Source: an uncultured virus (IMG/VR IMGVR_UViG_3300038393_002953) (taxonomy: Duplodnaviria; Heunggongvirae; Uroviricota; Caudoviricetes). Taken from it: a stretch of 64,000 nt of DNA. This document shows positions 24,243 to 34,080 of the stretch, one piece after another (within the stretch, counting starts at the first letter, position 1; each line of letters opens with the position of its first letter). The stretch is from the IMG/VR virus record IMGVR_UViG_3300038393_002953, one strand, 5' to 3'. The notes under the pieces were generated by a model. That model was not told the origin of the DNA. It ran no database searches and was given only the letters and a program-made list of their open reading frames with translations. Both the position numbers and the translations under genes were made by a program.

Positions 24243-26267
24243 ATGAAAGAAATTCTGGAACTCAATGTCGTCATCGCGCCCGAGGCCCGTGAGGCCGTCC
24301 GGGCGGAGATCGCCGCCATCCAGACGGAACTGGCCGCCGCCAAGGAGAAGGCCGACCTCGACGCGCCTACGCGCTCGCTGGCCTTCATCCGGTTCACGCT
24401 CTGCCACTCGCTGCCCATGGTCAACGCCAACGGCGCCGGGTGGACCTACAAGACGCTGAAGAACTCGCTCGCCACCGTCGCCGATCAGCCGATCAACCTG
24501 AACCACCAGATGAACGACAACGGGCCTTCCAGCGCCTACGTGACCAAGCCCGACGTCATCGTCGGCCACATGCGCGCCGCCGACCTGGCGGACTCGCCGG
24601 ACGACGAGTTCGTCCCCTCCGTGGCCGTCCCCATCTGCGTCGATGGCGTGACCTACAAGCGCACCCAGCCGATCCAGCGAATCCTGGGCATGCTCGCCGA
24701 CGGCCAGCCCGTCAAGGTGAGCATGGAGTGCGAGTACAACGCCATGGACTACTTCTACGACGGCGCGGTCTACACCGCCGAGGAGCGCCCCGACCTGGCG
24801 CAGGCCGTCAAGGAAGGCAAGCGCGAGCTGGATGGGAAGCGCATCGCCCGCGTGCTGGGCGGCAAGGATGGCACGGTCAACTTCCACGGCGCGGCGCTCT
24901 TGCTCGACGAGAACCCCGCCGATCCCGGCGCCGAGGTCAAGGCGGCGATCGCCAACGCGGCGGACGCGGCCAGTCATGAAGTGGGCGGCGCCCAGACCGA
25001 TCTGGCTCTCGTGTCGGAGGAGGTCTACGCCGCCAGGCAACCCCTGAGCCCCAACACCTTCAACGGCCCCGAGGCCGAGCTGACGCTCGACAACCTCAAG
25101 AAGGGTCAGGCGAACCAGCAGAAGGCGATCATCGACCTTCAGAAGACGCTGGCGGCCACGCTCAACATGAGCGAGAAGGTGCTGTCTGCGTTCCATCGCA
25201 TGGTGCGCGGCGAGACCGCCGACGCGCCCCTGATCCCGGATCCGGCGGCGCCCACCAGGCTCCAGGGGGACGGCGCGCCGGTCATCGACCCGCCCGCGCC
25301 GCTCGACCCGAACACGCCCTACGCGGATCCGGGCTACCTGGACGCGCTCCCGCGCTACCCGCTCACCACCCAGGCCGAGGTGCTGGCCGCCGTGGACCAC
25401 TTCACCACGGTCCACAACCTGGCGCCCTACACCGACGGCCAGATCGTCTCCATCCAGGACGCCATCATCAAGGCGGCTTCCCGGCTGGAGGTGAAACTGC
25501 CGCCCAAGTTCTCCACGGCCTCGGTCGCTTCCACCGGCAGCCAGGCTCAGCCGTCCCGAACGCAAGAGGAACCCACCACCATGATGACCGAAGAAGAGAA
25601 GAAGGCCTTCGAGGCGGCCCAGGCCGAGAAGGCCGCCGCCGACCAGAAGGCCAAGGAAGCCGAGGCCGCGAAGGAAGAGGCCTTGTCGAAGGCGCAGCTC
25701 ATGGAGACCCAGTTCGCCGAGATGCAGGCTCAGCTCGCCGAGATGAAGCGCGCCGAGGCCCAGCGCCAGAAGGCCGAGCGCTCCGCGACCCGCAAGTCGC
25801 AGCTCGCCTCCGAGATCGACCTCGACGACGACCTGCTGACCGAGCTGTCCGAGACCATCAACGAGGCCGAGGACGCCGAGTTCGCGAAGCTGAAGAGCTT
25901 CCTGGTCAAGACCTTCCAGAAGGGCAAGGCCAGCGGCGAGAAGGCCGCGCTGGAGAAGGCCGGTCTGGGCGGCGGCACGCAGCCCACGCAGGACCAGATC
26001 GACGGCTCCAAGGGCGAGCCCACCCCGGCGACCCCGGCGGGCGTCCACCAGGGCCCCGACCTCGGCGGCGGCGTGACCCCTTCCCAGGACCAGATCGACG
26101 GCTCGAAGGGCGAGCCCACCCCCGCGACCCCGGCGGGCGTGATCCGTGACACCGCTTCGACCCGCACGCCCGCCCCGGCGCGCACCCCCCTCGCCCCTGT
26201 CGCCCCGGCGCATGGCGGCGTCGCCCCCACCAACGATCCCAAGCAGAGCAAGTTCTACCGCATGTAG
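24243..26267 (+). CDS. Prohead protease / scaffold fusion
   Basis: PINLNH, IVGH, VSMEC, NFHGAALL..NPADP protease-like N-terminus; YADPGY..RYPL (DUF6582-like) middle; charged coiled-coil C-terminus. Confidence 0.75.
   Translation: MKEILELNVVIAPEAREAVRAEIAAIQTELAAAKEKADLDAPTRSLAFIRFTLCHSLPMVNANGAGWTYKTLKNSLATVADQPINLNHQMNDNGPSSAYVTKPDVIVGHMRAADLADSPDDEFVPSVAVPICVDGVTYKRTQPIQRILGMLADGQPVKVSMECEYNAMDYFYDGAVYTAEERPDLAQAVKEGKRELDGKRIARVLGGKDGTVNFHGAALLLDENPADPGAEVKAAIANAADAASHEVGGAQTDLALVSEEVYAARQPLSPNTFNGPEAELTLDNLKKGQANQQKAIIDLQKTLAATLNMSEKVLSAFHRMVRGETADAPLIPDPAAPTRLQGDGAPVIDPPAPLDPNTPYADPGYLDALPRYPLTTQAEVLAAVDHFTTVHNLAPYTDGQIVSIQDAIIKAASRLEVKLPPKFSTASVASTGSQAQPSRTQEEPTTMMTEEEKKAFEAAQAEKAAADQKAKEAEAAKEEALSKAQLMETQFAEMQAQLAEMKRAEAQRQKAERSATRKSQLASEIDLDDDLLTELSETINEAEDAEFAKLKSFLVKTFQKGKASGEKAALEKAGLGGGTQPTQDQIDGSKGEPTPATPAGVHQGPDLGGGVTPSQDQIDGSKGEPTPATPAGVIRDTASTRTPAPARTPLAPVAPAHGGVAPTNDPKQSKFYRM
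25989..26140 (+). repeat. Near-identical 56-bp direct repeat (25989-26044, 26085-26140)
   Basis: Encodes QDQIDGSKGEPTPATPAGV twice, period 96 nt. Confidence 0.9.
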
Positions 26268-26298
26268 ATCGCTCGGGTGAGAAGAGGAGTTCCCCACC

Positions 26299-26871
26299 AT
26301 GCTGTTCGCCATGCACTCCGGCAAGGCCCCCCTGACCTACCCCACCAAGACCGTCATGCCGCAGGGCACCGCCGTCCGCTACGACGCCAACGGCCTGCTC
26401 GTCCCCGTCACGGACGGCAACGCCCCGATCCTCGGCCTGACCGCCGTGGCCGTCATCGACTACAACAACCGTCCCCGCGAGTGGGACACCAACCCCGAGC
26501 TGTACATCGGCTACGGCTACGACCCCGTGATGCTGAACCGTCCGGGCGCGCTCGCGAAGCCCTGGCCCACCCAGTTCGGCACCGAGGCGACCCAGGGCAG
26601 CGACACCGCCAACGTCGGCGTGTGGGCCGAGAAGGACATGCTGCTCCAGTCGGACATCCGCGACGAGGCGGGCGTCCCCGTGGCGGGTCTCCTGCCCGGC
26701 GCCGACCTCGTGATCGGCACCACCGGCCTGATGGTTCCCAAGGCTGGCGCTGGTGACACCCGCGTGGTCGTCGCGCGCGTCTACCAGCAGTCGAAGGGCG
26801 TCGGCATGCCGATCCCCATCAACCAGAACCTCCCCACCTACATCGTCAAGCTGACGGGCAACCTCGGCTAA
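26299..26871 (+). CDS. Capsid decoration/cement protein candidate
   Basis: 190 aa, beta-rich, between scaffold and major capsid; GAGGAG RBS. Confidence 0.6.
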   Translation: MLFAMHSGKAPLTYPTKTVMPQGTAVRYDANGLLVPVTDGNAPILGLTAVAVIDYNNRPREWDTNPELYIGYGYDPVMLNRPGALAKPWPTQFGTEATQGSDTANVGVWAEKDMLLQSDIRDEAGVPVAGLLPGADLVIGTTGLMVPKAGAGDTRVVVARVYQQSKGVGMPIPINQNLPTYIVKLTGNLG

Positions 26872-26899
26872 GCCTGCGATCCAGAAGGAGATACCCCCC

Positions 26900-28015
26900 A
26901 TGTACACCCTCCACCACGCTCAGCGTTACGTTTCGCAGTTCGGCCTGCCGATGGAGCGCCTCTCGGAGCAGGAGCGCGCCGACGCCTGGGGCGAGGTCGC
27001 GAGCCAGAACGCCGACCCCGCCGTCCGCCAAGAGCATGCCGAGGCGCTCGCCGCCCGCGTGACCGCCGAGATCGCCGCCGTCACCAAGGCCGCGAAGGAC
27101 CGCAACATCGAGGCCCTCAACGAGATCGCGGGCATCGTGCTGACCGCCGAGATCGTCCACGACATCCTCGCGGACAACATCGCGGGCCTGGTCCTCGGCA
27201 CCAAGAACGTCGGCCCCTACCAGACCCCTCACTACACCGAGAAGCGCCTGAACCGCACGGGCGTCTTCCAGAACGTGCCCTCGATCGGCGCCGTGCCCGC
27301 GTTCAACGTGGCCCACATGCACCGCGAGATCCCGATCGGCATGCAGGACAACCAGGCGGCGTACCTCTACAAGACCCGCAACCAGTACGTGGGCGAGGTC
27401 GAGGAGCGCGACGAGGCGGCTGCGGCGATCCGTCGCGGCATCCTGGAGAACCGCGAGAACTGCTTCATCGACAACATCCGCGAAGCGACCCGCACCACCA
27501 CCGCCGCCGGCAACGTCCTGGTCCACGGCCTGCCCGACATGGCCCTGCCCGGCAACCGCGTCGCCCCCTCGACCAACGTCCTGGTGGACAACCTCGCGAC
27601 CGGCCTCACGAAGAAGAACATCTCGGACATGATGTTCATGCTGGAGTTCTACGGCTTCCAGCCGCGCGTGATCTACTGCTCGGCCCTCCGCCGCAACGAC
27701 ATGCGCAACTTCGTCACCCTGACCTCCACCTCGGGCTCGCCCCTGGACTTCTTCACCCAGCGTGAAGTCCTCCAGTCCGGCAAGCTGGAAGGCCTCTTCG
27801 GCGTCCAGCTCCGCGTGCTGAACTACCTCGCCGACGACGAGCTGTTCATGTGGGACAACACCCGCGAGTTCGGCGACATCTACCTGCGCGGCGGCGTGCA
27901 GGTCGAGGACCGCCAGGGCCCCCAGCCGTTCACCCGCGAGCTGGTCGCCGCGCAGATCGAGGGTCAGGCCCTCTACAACGCGCGTCGCATCGTCAAGCTC
28001 AAGCTCATCCCGTAA
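26900..28015 (+). CDS. Major capsid protein (HK97 fold)
   Basis: 371 aa, strong codon bias, AAGGAG RBS, QREVLQSGKLEGLFGVQLRV P-domain-like motif. Confidence 0.8.
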   Translation: MYTLHHAQRYVSQFGLPMERLSEQERADAWGEVASQNADPAVRQEHAEALAARVTAEIAAVTKAAKDRNIEALNEIAGIVLTAEIVHDILADNIAGLVLGTKNVGPYQTPHYTEKRLNRTGVFQNVPSIGAVPAFNVAHMHREIPIGMQDNQAAYLYKTRNQYVGEVEERDEAAAAIRRGILENRENCFIDNIREATRTTTAAGNVLVHGLPDMALPGNRVAPSTNVLVDNLATGLTKKNISDMMFMLEFYGFQPRVIYCSALRRNDMRNFVTLTSTSGSPLDFFTQREVLQSGKLEGLFGVQLRVLNYLADDELFMWDNTREFGDIYLRGGVQVEDRQGPQPFTRELVAAQIEGQALYNARRIVKLKLIP

Positions 28016-28039
28016 CGCGGGCGGCGCAAGCGCTGGGTC

Positions 28040-28063
28040 GGGAGGGGACTTAGGTCCCCTCCC
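28040..28063 (+). other. GC-rich hairpin after major capsid gene (mRNA stabiliser or weak terminator)
   Basis: GGGAGGGGAC-TTAG-GTCCCCTCCC, no U tract. Confidence 0.6.
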
Positions 28064-28078
28064 GCCACCCCGGAGGCG

Positions 28079-28564
28079 ATGATGGCAGACACCCTTCTCT
28101 CCAGCCTCGTGGGCGATGTGCGCGCGACGAGCGACGTCTTCAGCCCGCAGACCCCAGACGATTCCGTCGTCCAGGTGATCCTGTCGGCCCTGAGGCACCT
28201 GAGCCTCAAGGGATTGAACCTCAGGGTCGTCGGCACCGATCCGACCACCTGGGCGATCGCCACACCGGACATCTCCGACCTGATGCACCCCGTCCGGGCC
28301 ATCATCGCGCTCCAAGCGAAAATCCTTGCGCTCAAGTCGATCCCCCTGAAGCGGCTCAAGATCACCGGGTTGGACCAAGAGTTCAACACAGAGCAAGCGA
28401 AGGAAGACGAGGCCGCGTTGGATGAAATGCTGACCAGCTACGTTTTGAACGAGGAAGGCCACCCCCTGACCATGACCGAGTACGACGTGCTTGGCAACCC
28501 GGGAATCCTCTTCAGGACGATCGATCCCGTTCTCTTCCCCACCGCAAACCCCCTGATCCAATAG
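28079..28564 (+). CDS. Head-tail adaptor candidate
   Basis: 161 aa helical protein directly after capsid gene. Confidence 0.5.
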   Translation: MMADTLLSSLVGDVRATSDVFSPQTPDDSVVQVILSALRHLSLKGLNLRVVGTDPTTWAIATPDISDLMHPVRAIIALQAKILALKSIPLKRLKITGLDQEFNTEQAKEDEAALDEMLTSYVLNEEGHPLTMTEYDVLGNPGILFRTIDPVLFPTANPLIQ

Positions 28565-28576
28565 GAGGCACCACCC

Positions 28577-29908
28577 ATGCCCGCTGGCATTTCCAAGGTC
28601 CGCCAACTGTCGGTCGGCTCCGCCGGTCACGTCAAAAAGCAGATCAATGACCTCTACCTCGCCATGTCCTACTACCTCCACCAGGAGCTGGCGGGCTTCG
28701 GCGTGACCGCCGCCTTCGACGCGGTGAACAACACCCCCCGCGCGAACGGCGTGGCGCAGAAGGACACCGACTACGCCCGCATCGCGCTGATCACCGCCGA
28801 CCCCAACTCGCCGACCGCGAAGGAGTGGGAGTCCAACGTCACGCTGGCGACCGCCGCCAACGTGAACGGCACCACGACCGCCGTCACCAAGGCGTTCGTG
28901 ATGACCGCCGACGCGACCGACGTCATCCAGGTCCCGACCGCTGGCGCCGCGCTGATCGCGGGCGCTCCCCGTCTCGGCACCGCCTGCACGGTTGATCCCG
29001 CGAACGACACGATCGCCGCCGCTGGCGACAAGGTGGTCCTCGACGCCGCTGGCGTGCTGAAGGTCGTCGCCGCCGCTGCCGCCGTGCCCGCTGGCTCCCT
29101 CGTGGTCGCCATCGCTGCTGGCGCGACCGGCGCGTTCACCCTCCAGCCCGTCGCCGCGACCGCCGTGGACAAGTCCAACGTCGTGCAGATCGGTCGCCCC
29201 CGCCTGGCCGACGAAGGCCAGATGGTCGTCCTGGTCATCGACGCCCCCGTCCCCGGCGACGTGGACTGGGACTTCGTGACCCTGAAGATCGGCGCCTGCC
29301 GCGCTTCCGACGCGACCAACGCGAGCGGCCAGCTCACGTTCGAGGACTACACGTTCAAGATCGAGAAGGGCGCCGGTATCGACCAGGCCCTCGCTTTCGT
29401 GGACGACGCCGACCAGGCCGTCACGGACATCGTGGCGATCGACTGGGCGTCGCTCGCGGCGGGCGTGGACCAGGCGGCTGGCAAGGCCCTGACCGGCGCG
29501 TCGCGCGGCCTGTCCTTCAAGCTGCTCACGCTGCCTACGGACTCGGCGGACGGCACCAAGAAGAAGTGGATCAACCGCTCCTTCGTGCGCCAGATCAACC
29601 CCTCGGTCCCCAAGGACTACCGCGAGGTGCCCGACCACTTCGACGGCTCGGCGGCGACGATCCAGACCACGATCATCCCGACGCTGATGCTCCAGGACGT
29701 GTTCGAGTCCGCGCCCAACTCCTTCCGCAACATGCGCGGTCGCACCGCGACCTTCCGCGCGGAGACCAAGGAGCGCAAGCGCTTCGACTCCTCGGAGACG
29801 CACTACTTCCTGGGCGTCGTCGGCACCCCCAACATCAACTTCGCGCAGGACAACGAGTCCATCAACCAGCTCGAAGCCACGATGTACCGCTGGATCATCA
29901 TCTCCTAA
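28577..29908 (+). CDS. Major tail (tube) protein candidate with inserted Ala/Thr-rich domain
   Basis: AGGAGG RBS, high-expression codon bias, followed by strong terminator; tube-like beta C-terminus. Confidence 0.6.
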   Translation: MPAGISKVRQLSVGSAGHVKKQINDLYLAMSYYLHQELAGFGVTAAFDAVNNTPRANGVAQKDTDYARIALITADPNSPTAKEWESNVTLATAANVNGTTTAVTKAFVMTADATDVIQVPTAGAALIAGAPRLGTACTVDPANDTIAAAGDKVVLDAAGVLKVVAAAAAVPAGSLVVAIAAGATGAFTLQPVAATAVDKSNVVQIGRPRLADEGQMVVLVIDAPVPGDVDWDFVTLKIGACRASDATNASGQLTFEDYTFKIEKGAGIDQALAFVDDADQAVTDIVAIDWASLAAGVDQAAGKALTGASRGLSFKLLTLPTDSADGTKKKWINRSFVRQINPSVPKDYREVPDHFDGSAATIQTTIIPTLMLQDVFESAPNSFRNMRGRTATFRAETKERKRFDSSETHYFLGVVGTPNINFAQDNESINQLEATMYRWIIIS

Positions 29909-29933
29909 CGGAGCGCCAGCCACCGGCACCACG

Positions 29934-29965
29934 CAGGGCCCCCGGCAACGGGGGCCCTGTTTTTT
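29934..29965 (+). terminator. Intrinsic terminator
   Basis: CAGGGCCCCCG-GCAA-CGGGGGCCCTG-TTTTTT. Confidence 0.9.
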
Positions 29966-30014
29966 CGCGCGCATGGGCCGTGTGTTACAATGAGGAAACG
30001 AGGTGATAGCTCCC

Positions 30015-30911
30015 ATGACCAGACTTTTCGCGATCGAAGAGGCCTACGTCACCATCTACGAGGAATACTCGCCGTTTTTCAACGCCCCGGCCATGCCGCG
30101 CTCGCGCAAGCCGGGGCCGAACGGCTGGGAACTCGGCTACGACCTGGCGCTCTACGACAACCCGGGCGATCCTGCCCGCCACCTGGCGCTCTGGGACCGC
30201 CCCGGCGCGAACCCGCGAGGCGTGCTGGCGCGCTGGACTGACGTCTACATGTCCGACCTGCGCTGGGACCGCAACCCGCGCACGGTCTCGCTCGACTCCT
30301 CCGGCCTGCCGCACCAGTCGAAGGTCACGATCGGCTTCGAGGGCGAGCTGAGCTTCAACGCGCCCCACTTCGCGCGCACGCTGGTCGAGATGAGCGGCTT
30401 CAACCGCTACTGGCGCATCTTCGTGGACGTCAAGCGCGACAAGTGGTCGCCGATCGAGGCATCCTTCGAGTTCCGGGGCGCCTCGGTCGTCAAGGACGGC
30501 ACCTCGGGATCGCCGATCGGGCTCGCGCGCGCCTTCGCGGTGCAGGAGTTCACGGAGGGAGACGCGCTCTACGCCGTGGACCCGACCTTCCGCTTCGAGC
30601 TGGCGGCCTACAAGCAGATCCCCTTCGGCGGCCAGGAGCAGATCCCCGTCGAGGTCCTGCACGTCCAGCAGTCGCACTTCGGCTACACCCTGAACGGCCA
30701 GTACCCGCTCTCGATCGCGCTCGGCACGCATTACACCCTCGCGAAGCCGACCTACAAGCTGACGTACAACGGCCACGCCCTGGACGATATCCCCTGGCAG
30801 GTCGGGCGGGAGTTCCGTATCGACGGCTACGAGGCCGGTGTGCTGACCTTCCGTATCATGGGTGCGGCGCCAGAGCCCGGCGCGCTCGACGTCATCCGCG
30901 TCGAAAAATAA
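30015..30911 (+). CDS. Minor tail protein (possible tube-fold paralog)
   Basis: Beta-rich; preceded by TG-T-TACAAT at 29983-29991. Confidence 0.5.
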   Translation: MTRLFAIEEAYVTIYEEYSPFFNAPAMPRSRKPGPNGWELGYDLALYDNPGDPARHLALWDRPGANPRGVLARWTDVYMSDLRWDRNPRTVSLDSSGLPHQSKVTIGFEGELSFNAPHFARTLVEMSGFNRYWRIFVDVKRDKWSPIEASFEFRGASVVKDGTSGSPIGLARAFAVQEFTEGDALYAVDPTFRFELAAYKQIPFGGQEQIPVEVLHVQQSHFGYTLNGQYPLSIALGTHYTLAKPTYKLTYNGHALDDIPWQVGREFRIDGYEAGVLTFRIMGAAPEPGALDVIRVEK

Positions 30912-30927
30912 CGTTTGAGTACGGTAG

Positions 30928-30936
30928 TGCTATAAT
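30928..30936 (+). promoter_or_regulatory. Extended -10 promoter
   Basis: TG-C-TATAAT. Confidence 0.6.
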
Positions 30937-30957
30937 GTTCTCACAGGACACGAAACG

Positions 30958-31482
30958 ATGAGCCTCGACCCCAGCGACACCCCAAGCCCGGCGACCGACG
31001 CCCCCGACCTGCCCGAAGGCAACGTCTGGGACGACGTGGGCCAGCCGCTGACGCTGGAGTTCCACGTCATCACCAACCGGGGGCCGCGCCTGATCAAGAT
31101 GCGCGAGCCGATGGACGAGGACCTCAAGCACCTCGACACCTACTGGCCCTACCCGCAGGTGCCCACGAAGGTCGAGAGCGTGCCGTTCCAGAACCCGGAC
31201 GGCACCGGGCGCAAGATGATCGACAAGGTGGTCGAGGACGACGATCCCGAGGTCGTCAAGGAGTACCGCATCAAGCGCTACGAGGTCCACCAGGTCCGCC
31301 TGATGGCCTACGCCGAGGCATCGCTCCTCCCCGAGTACAAGCCGCGCGGCGCGACCCCCAAGGAGCGCGTGGACCACCTGCTCGCGATGCCCCCGATCGT
31401 CAAGCAGAAGATCCTCGCGAAGGCCCGCTGGCTCTCCGAGTCGCGCCTCCAGGAGCGCTTCGACGAAGCAAAAAAAGACTGA
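30958..31482 (+). CDS. Tail assembly chaperone (gpG-like)
   Basis: Ends GCA AAA AAA GAC TGA with a slippery A7 run. Confidence 0.7.
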   Translation: MSLDPSDTPSPATDAPDLPEGNVWDDVGQPLTLEFHVITNRGPRLIKMREPMDEDLKHLDTYWPYPQVPTKVESVPFQNPDGTGRKMIDKVVEDDDPEVVKEYRIKRYEVHQVRLMAYAEASLLPEYKPRGATPKERVDHLLAMPPIVKQKILAKARWLSESRLQERFDEAKKD

Positions 31483-31727
31483 CGCCTCCGGAGATCCCGG
31501 CCTTTTACGCCAACTACAGGCCGGAGGCGGGCCCGCCCCTCACCACCAGCGAGCGCTTCAAGCAGCTCGACGCCATGCACTTCTGGCGCAAGGACCCCGA
31601 GCAGTGGCGCAAGATGAGCGCCGCCGACCGCGCCGAGATGATGGCCTACGCCACGGTGCGCCGCGCGATCGACGGCTACCAGTCCGACTGGTTCGACTCC
31701 CGTAAGCCCAAGACCCCCCAGAAATAA
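31470..31727 (+). CDS. -1 frameshift extension of chaperone (gpGT-like)
   Basis: -1 frame open for 83 high-GC3 codons from 31476 to TAA at 31725-31727; WRKDPEQWRKMSAADRAEMMAY. Confidence 0.75.
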   Translation, partial: KKRLTPPEIPAFYANYRPEAGPPLTTSERFKQLDAMHFWRKDPEQWRKMSAADRAEMMAYATVRRAIDGYQSDWFDSRKPKTPQK

Positions 31728-31738
31728 CGAGGAAGATC

Positions 31739-32377
31739 ATGATCGACGAGAACACCACCCCCGAGAACGCGACGACCGCCGAGACCTCGCCCGAGCCCAT
31801 GGCGGCCCCCGCCACCGAGGCCGTCCCGGAGGTGGAGTCGGCGACCCCCGACCAGACCCCGACCCCGGCGGTGGAGCAGCTCTTCACCGAGCCCGAGGTC
31901 TCGGATTCGGAGATCGACACCTGGGGTCTGCTGACCGAGAAGCTGAAGGGCTACGTGCGCGTGCGCACCAACGTCGGCCTGGTGCGCATCATGCTGGAGG
32001 CGCCCACGCCCGAGGAGATCGCCGCGCTGGTGGACGAGATCCCCTCCGCCGGGGCCGCCGACACCGGCGTCGTCAAGAAGGCCAAGAAGGGCAAGAAGGC
32101 CGACAAGCCCGCCGAGACCGACGCGGAGGCGATCGCCGCCGCGAAGAAGCGCGAGAGCGAGCTGAAGACCTACGCCATGCTCGACGCCGCCGTGGTCAAG
32201 AAGCCGTCCGGCGCGACCTTCATGGACCGCGTGGCCTCGACCTACGCGAAGATGTCGGCGCCCTCGATCGGCATCCTGTTCGCGGGCATCACGAACCTGA
32301 TGGCGGGCGAGCTGACCTACGACATGGAGCAGGACATCCGCCTCGCGCAGCGCGAGCTGGCCGTCCAGGCGCTCTAG
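31739..32377 (+). CDS. Hypothetical tail-associated protein (second chaperone-like)
   Basis: 212 aa, acidic/Pro-rich N-terminus, GAGGA RBS. Confidence 0.6.
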   Translation: MIDENTTPENATTAETSPEPMAAPATEAVPEVESATPDQTPTPAVEQLFTEPEVSDSEIDTWGLLTEKLKGYVRVRTNVGLVRIMLEAPTPEEIAALVDEIPSAGAADTGVVKKAKKGKKADKPAETDAEAIAAAKKRESELKTYAMLDAAVVKKPSGATFMDRVASTYAKMSAPSIGILFAGITNLMAGELTYDMEQDIRLAQRELAVQAL

Positions 32378-32386
32378 TTCCCGGCC

Positions 32387-32854
32387 ATGGACATCTACCG
32401 CTTCGCCGCGATCGGGCGCAACATCGCGAACCGCACCATCAAAGCCACCTGGCCGCACACGCTGCGCGCCGAGTGGGACGAGATGCCTGCGGTCGTGGAC
32501 GCCTACTACGACGACGCCGATGGCGTCTACAAGGATCCGGCGACGCGGCTGCCCATCGCGAAGGTGCCGCGCACGCTCGACATCGCGGCGCTCTTCGACC
32601 TCTCCCCCGACATGGCCTTCCGCTACGCCAAGGACGGCGTGGACGTGAAGACCGACCTGGTGGCCGTCGTGCCCTACGACACCGCGTTGCCGGACACCAC
32701 GGCTATCTACTACAAGAACAACGATCGCTCGATTCCCTACAAGCTCAAGGGCCTGATCGACCGGGCCGACATCGGCGTCGGCCCGGCGGGTCTCGCCTCC
32801 GAGGTGGCCTACCTGGTCCTGCACCTGACGCGCGGCGGCACGCCCGAGGCGTAG
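32387..32854 (+). CDS. Head closure/neck protein candidate
   Basis: 155 aa, beta-rich; call by position and size. Confidence 0.45.
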   Translation: MDIYRFAAIGRNIANRTIKATWPHTLRAEWDEMPAVVDAYYDDADGVYKDPATRLPIAKVPRTLDIAALFDLSPDMAFRYAKDGVDVKTDLVAVVPYDTALPDTTAIYYKNNDRSIPYKLKGLIDRADIGVGPAGLASEVAYLVLHLTRGGTPEA

Positions 32855-32899
32855 TGGATATGCGGGGGGCCTAAAGAAGAGCGAAGCCTCGGAGGCCAC

Positions 32900-33358
32900 A
32901 TGGACGCCCGTCTCACGCTCAAGGTCCGCATCGACCGCGCCGCGCTCAAGCAGCAGATGCGCCGCGTCGGCGAAGCCGCCCGCGAACAGATCGTCAAGAG
33001 CCTGAACGCCGAGGAGGCGCAGGGGATGTTCGTCGCCGCGATCCAGGGCGCGATCTACGGCGCCCCCGAGGGCGAGTGGTACACCCGTACCGAGGCGCTG
33101 TTGGAGTCTGTGGAGTTCTCGGAGAACAAGACCGGCTTCGCGATCTTCGTCAACGCCGAGGAGATGATCGCACGCAACGTCCACGTCAGCGGCGACGAGC
33201 GCACCAAGGACTACTCCAAGGTCACCGCGATCGACGGCGAGGACAACCCCGCCGTCTCCAAGGAAGGCTACCTGCCGATCGCGTTCGAGTCCATCCTGGG
33301 CGCCGTCCTGGAGATGCTCCAGGCGAACGGACGCTACCACATCAAGGTCAAGCGATGA
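32900..33358 (+). CDS. Neck protein candidate (HK97 gp10-like)
   Basis: WYTRTEALLESV resembles the YxRTGxL motif; GGAGG RBS. Confidence 0.5.
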   Translation: MDARLTLKVRIDRAALKQQMRRVGEAAREQIVKSLNAEEAQGMFVAAIQGAIYGAPEGEWYTRTEALLESVEFSENKTGFAIFVNAEEMIARNVHVSGDERTKDYSKVTAIDGEDNPAVSKEGYLPIAFESILGAVLEMLQANGRYHIKVKR

Positions 33359-34074
33359 TCCGCACCATCACCACCATCACCGAGGACGTCGTGAGCGACT
33401 GGACGGAGCTGTTCCGCCGGTCGCCCGAGTTCCGTGTGGACCTGGCCGGTCGGGTGCCGACCGCCGTCCCCGTGGCGGTCGCGCCGCCGCCCGGTGCCCC
33501 GGTGACCTACGCGCTGCCCGACTACAACGTGCTGCACACGCCGGACTACCCGACGATCGTGGCATCGGACGGCACGCCGGTCAGGAGCTACATCCCCGTC
33601 GAAGGCGATAAGCTGGTCTCGAAGGTGCAGATGGCCCGGGCGCTCTCGGCGGGCGCCACGCTCGCCTACACCACGACCCGCGTGACGTTCCGCTCGAACC
33701 TCTCGCCCCGACAGCAGCTCACCACCCCGCTCGTCTCGCCGCGCATGTTGATCGTCTACGGCAAGACGATCGACTACCGGGTCACCAAGCAGCAGAACGA
33801 CGACGGCGATGACGTCCAGGGCAAGGTCATGCTCCTGACCATCAACCTCGACACCGACGACAACACGGGCGGCCCCAAGGCCTGCCAGTACCTGCTCAAC
33901 CTCGCCGAGGCCGTGATCCGACGCAACAGCAACTGGCTGTTCGAGCAGGGCTACGAACAGGTCAAGGTCACCCCGAACTTCGCCGAGCTGCCGAACAAGG
34001 AGGGCGCGATCGCGCTCTACCGAGGCTCCATCACCGTCTCCGCCGTCATCTACCCCCGCATCTACGAGGACTAG
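33355..34074 (+). CDS. Tail terminator/completion protein candidate
   Basis: Start MIRTIT at 33355 (ATGA overlap); directly upstream of tape measure. Confidence 0.5.
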   Translation: MIRTITTITEDVVSDWTELFRRSPEFRVDLAGRVPTAVPVAVAPPPGAPVTYALPDYNVLHTPDYPTIVASDGTPVRSYIPVEGDKLVSKVQMARALSAGATLAYTTTRVTFRSNLSPRQQLTTPLVSPRMLIVYGKTIDYRVTKQQNDDGDDVQGKVMLLTINLDTDDNTGGPKACQYLLNLAEAVIRRNSNWLFEQGYEQVKVTPNFAELPNKEGAIALYRGSITVSAVIYPRIYED

Positions 34075-34080
34075 CGCCCC

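Noticed and set aside
25989..26140. Direct repeat as CRISPR array or DGR template/variable pair
   Set aside because: Only two in-frame coding copies with synonymous, non-adenine-specific differences; no cas or reverse transcriptase gene in the window
28577..29908. Contractile tail sheath
   Set aside because: No sheath motifs recognised, C-terminus is tube-like, and no baseplate wedge (gpJ/gp25-like) genes are evident
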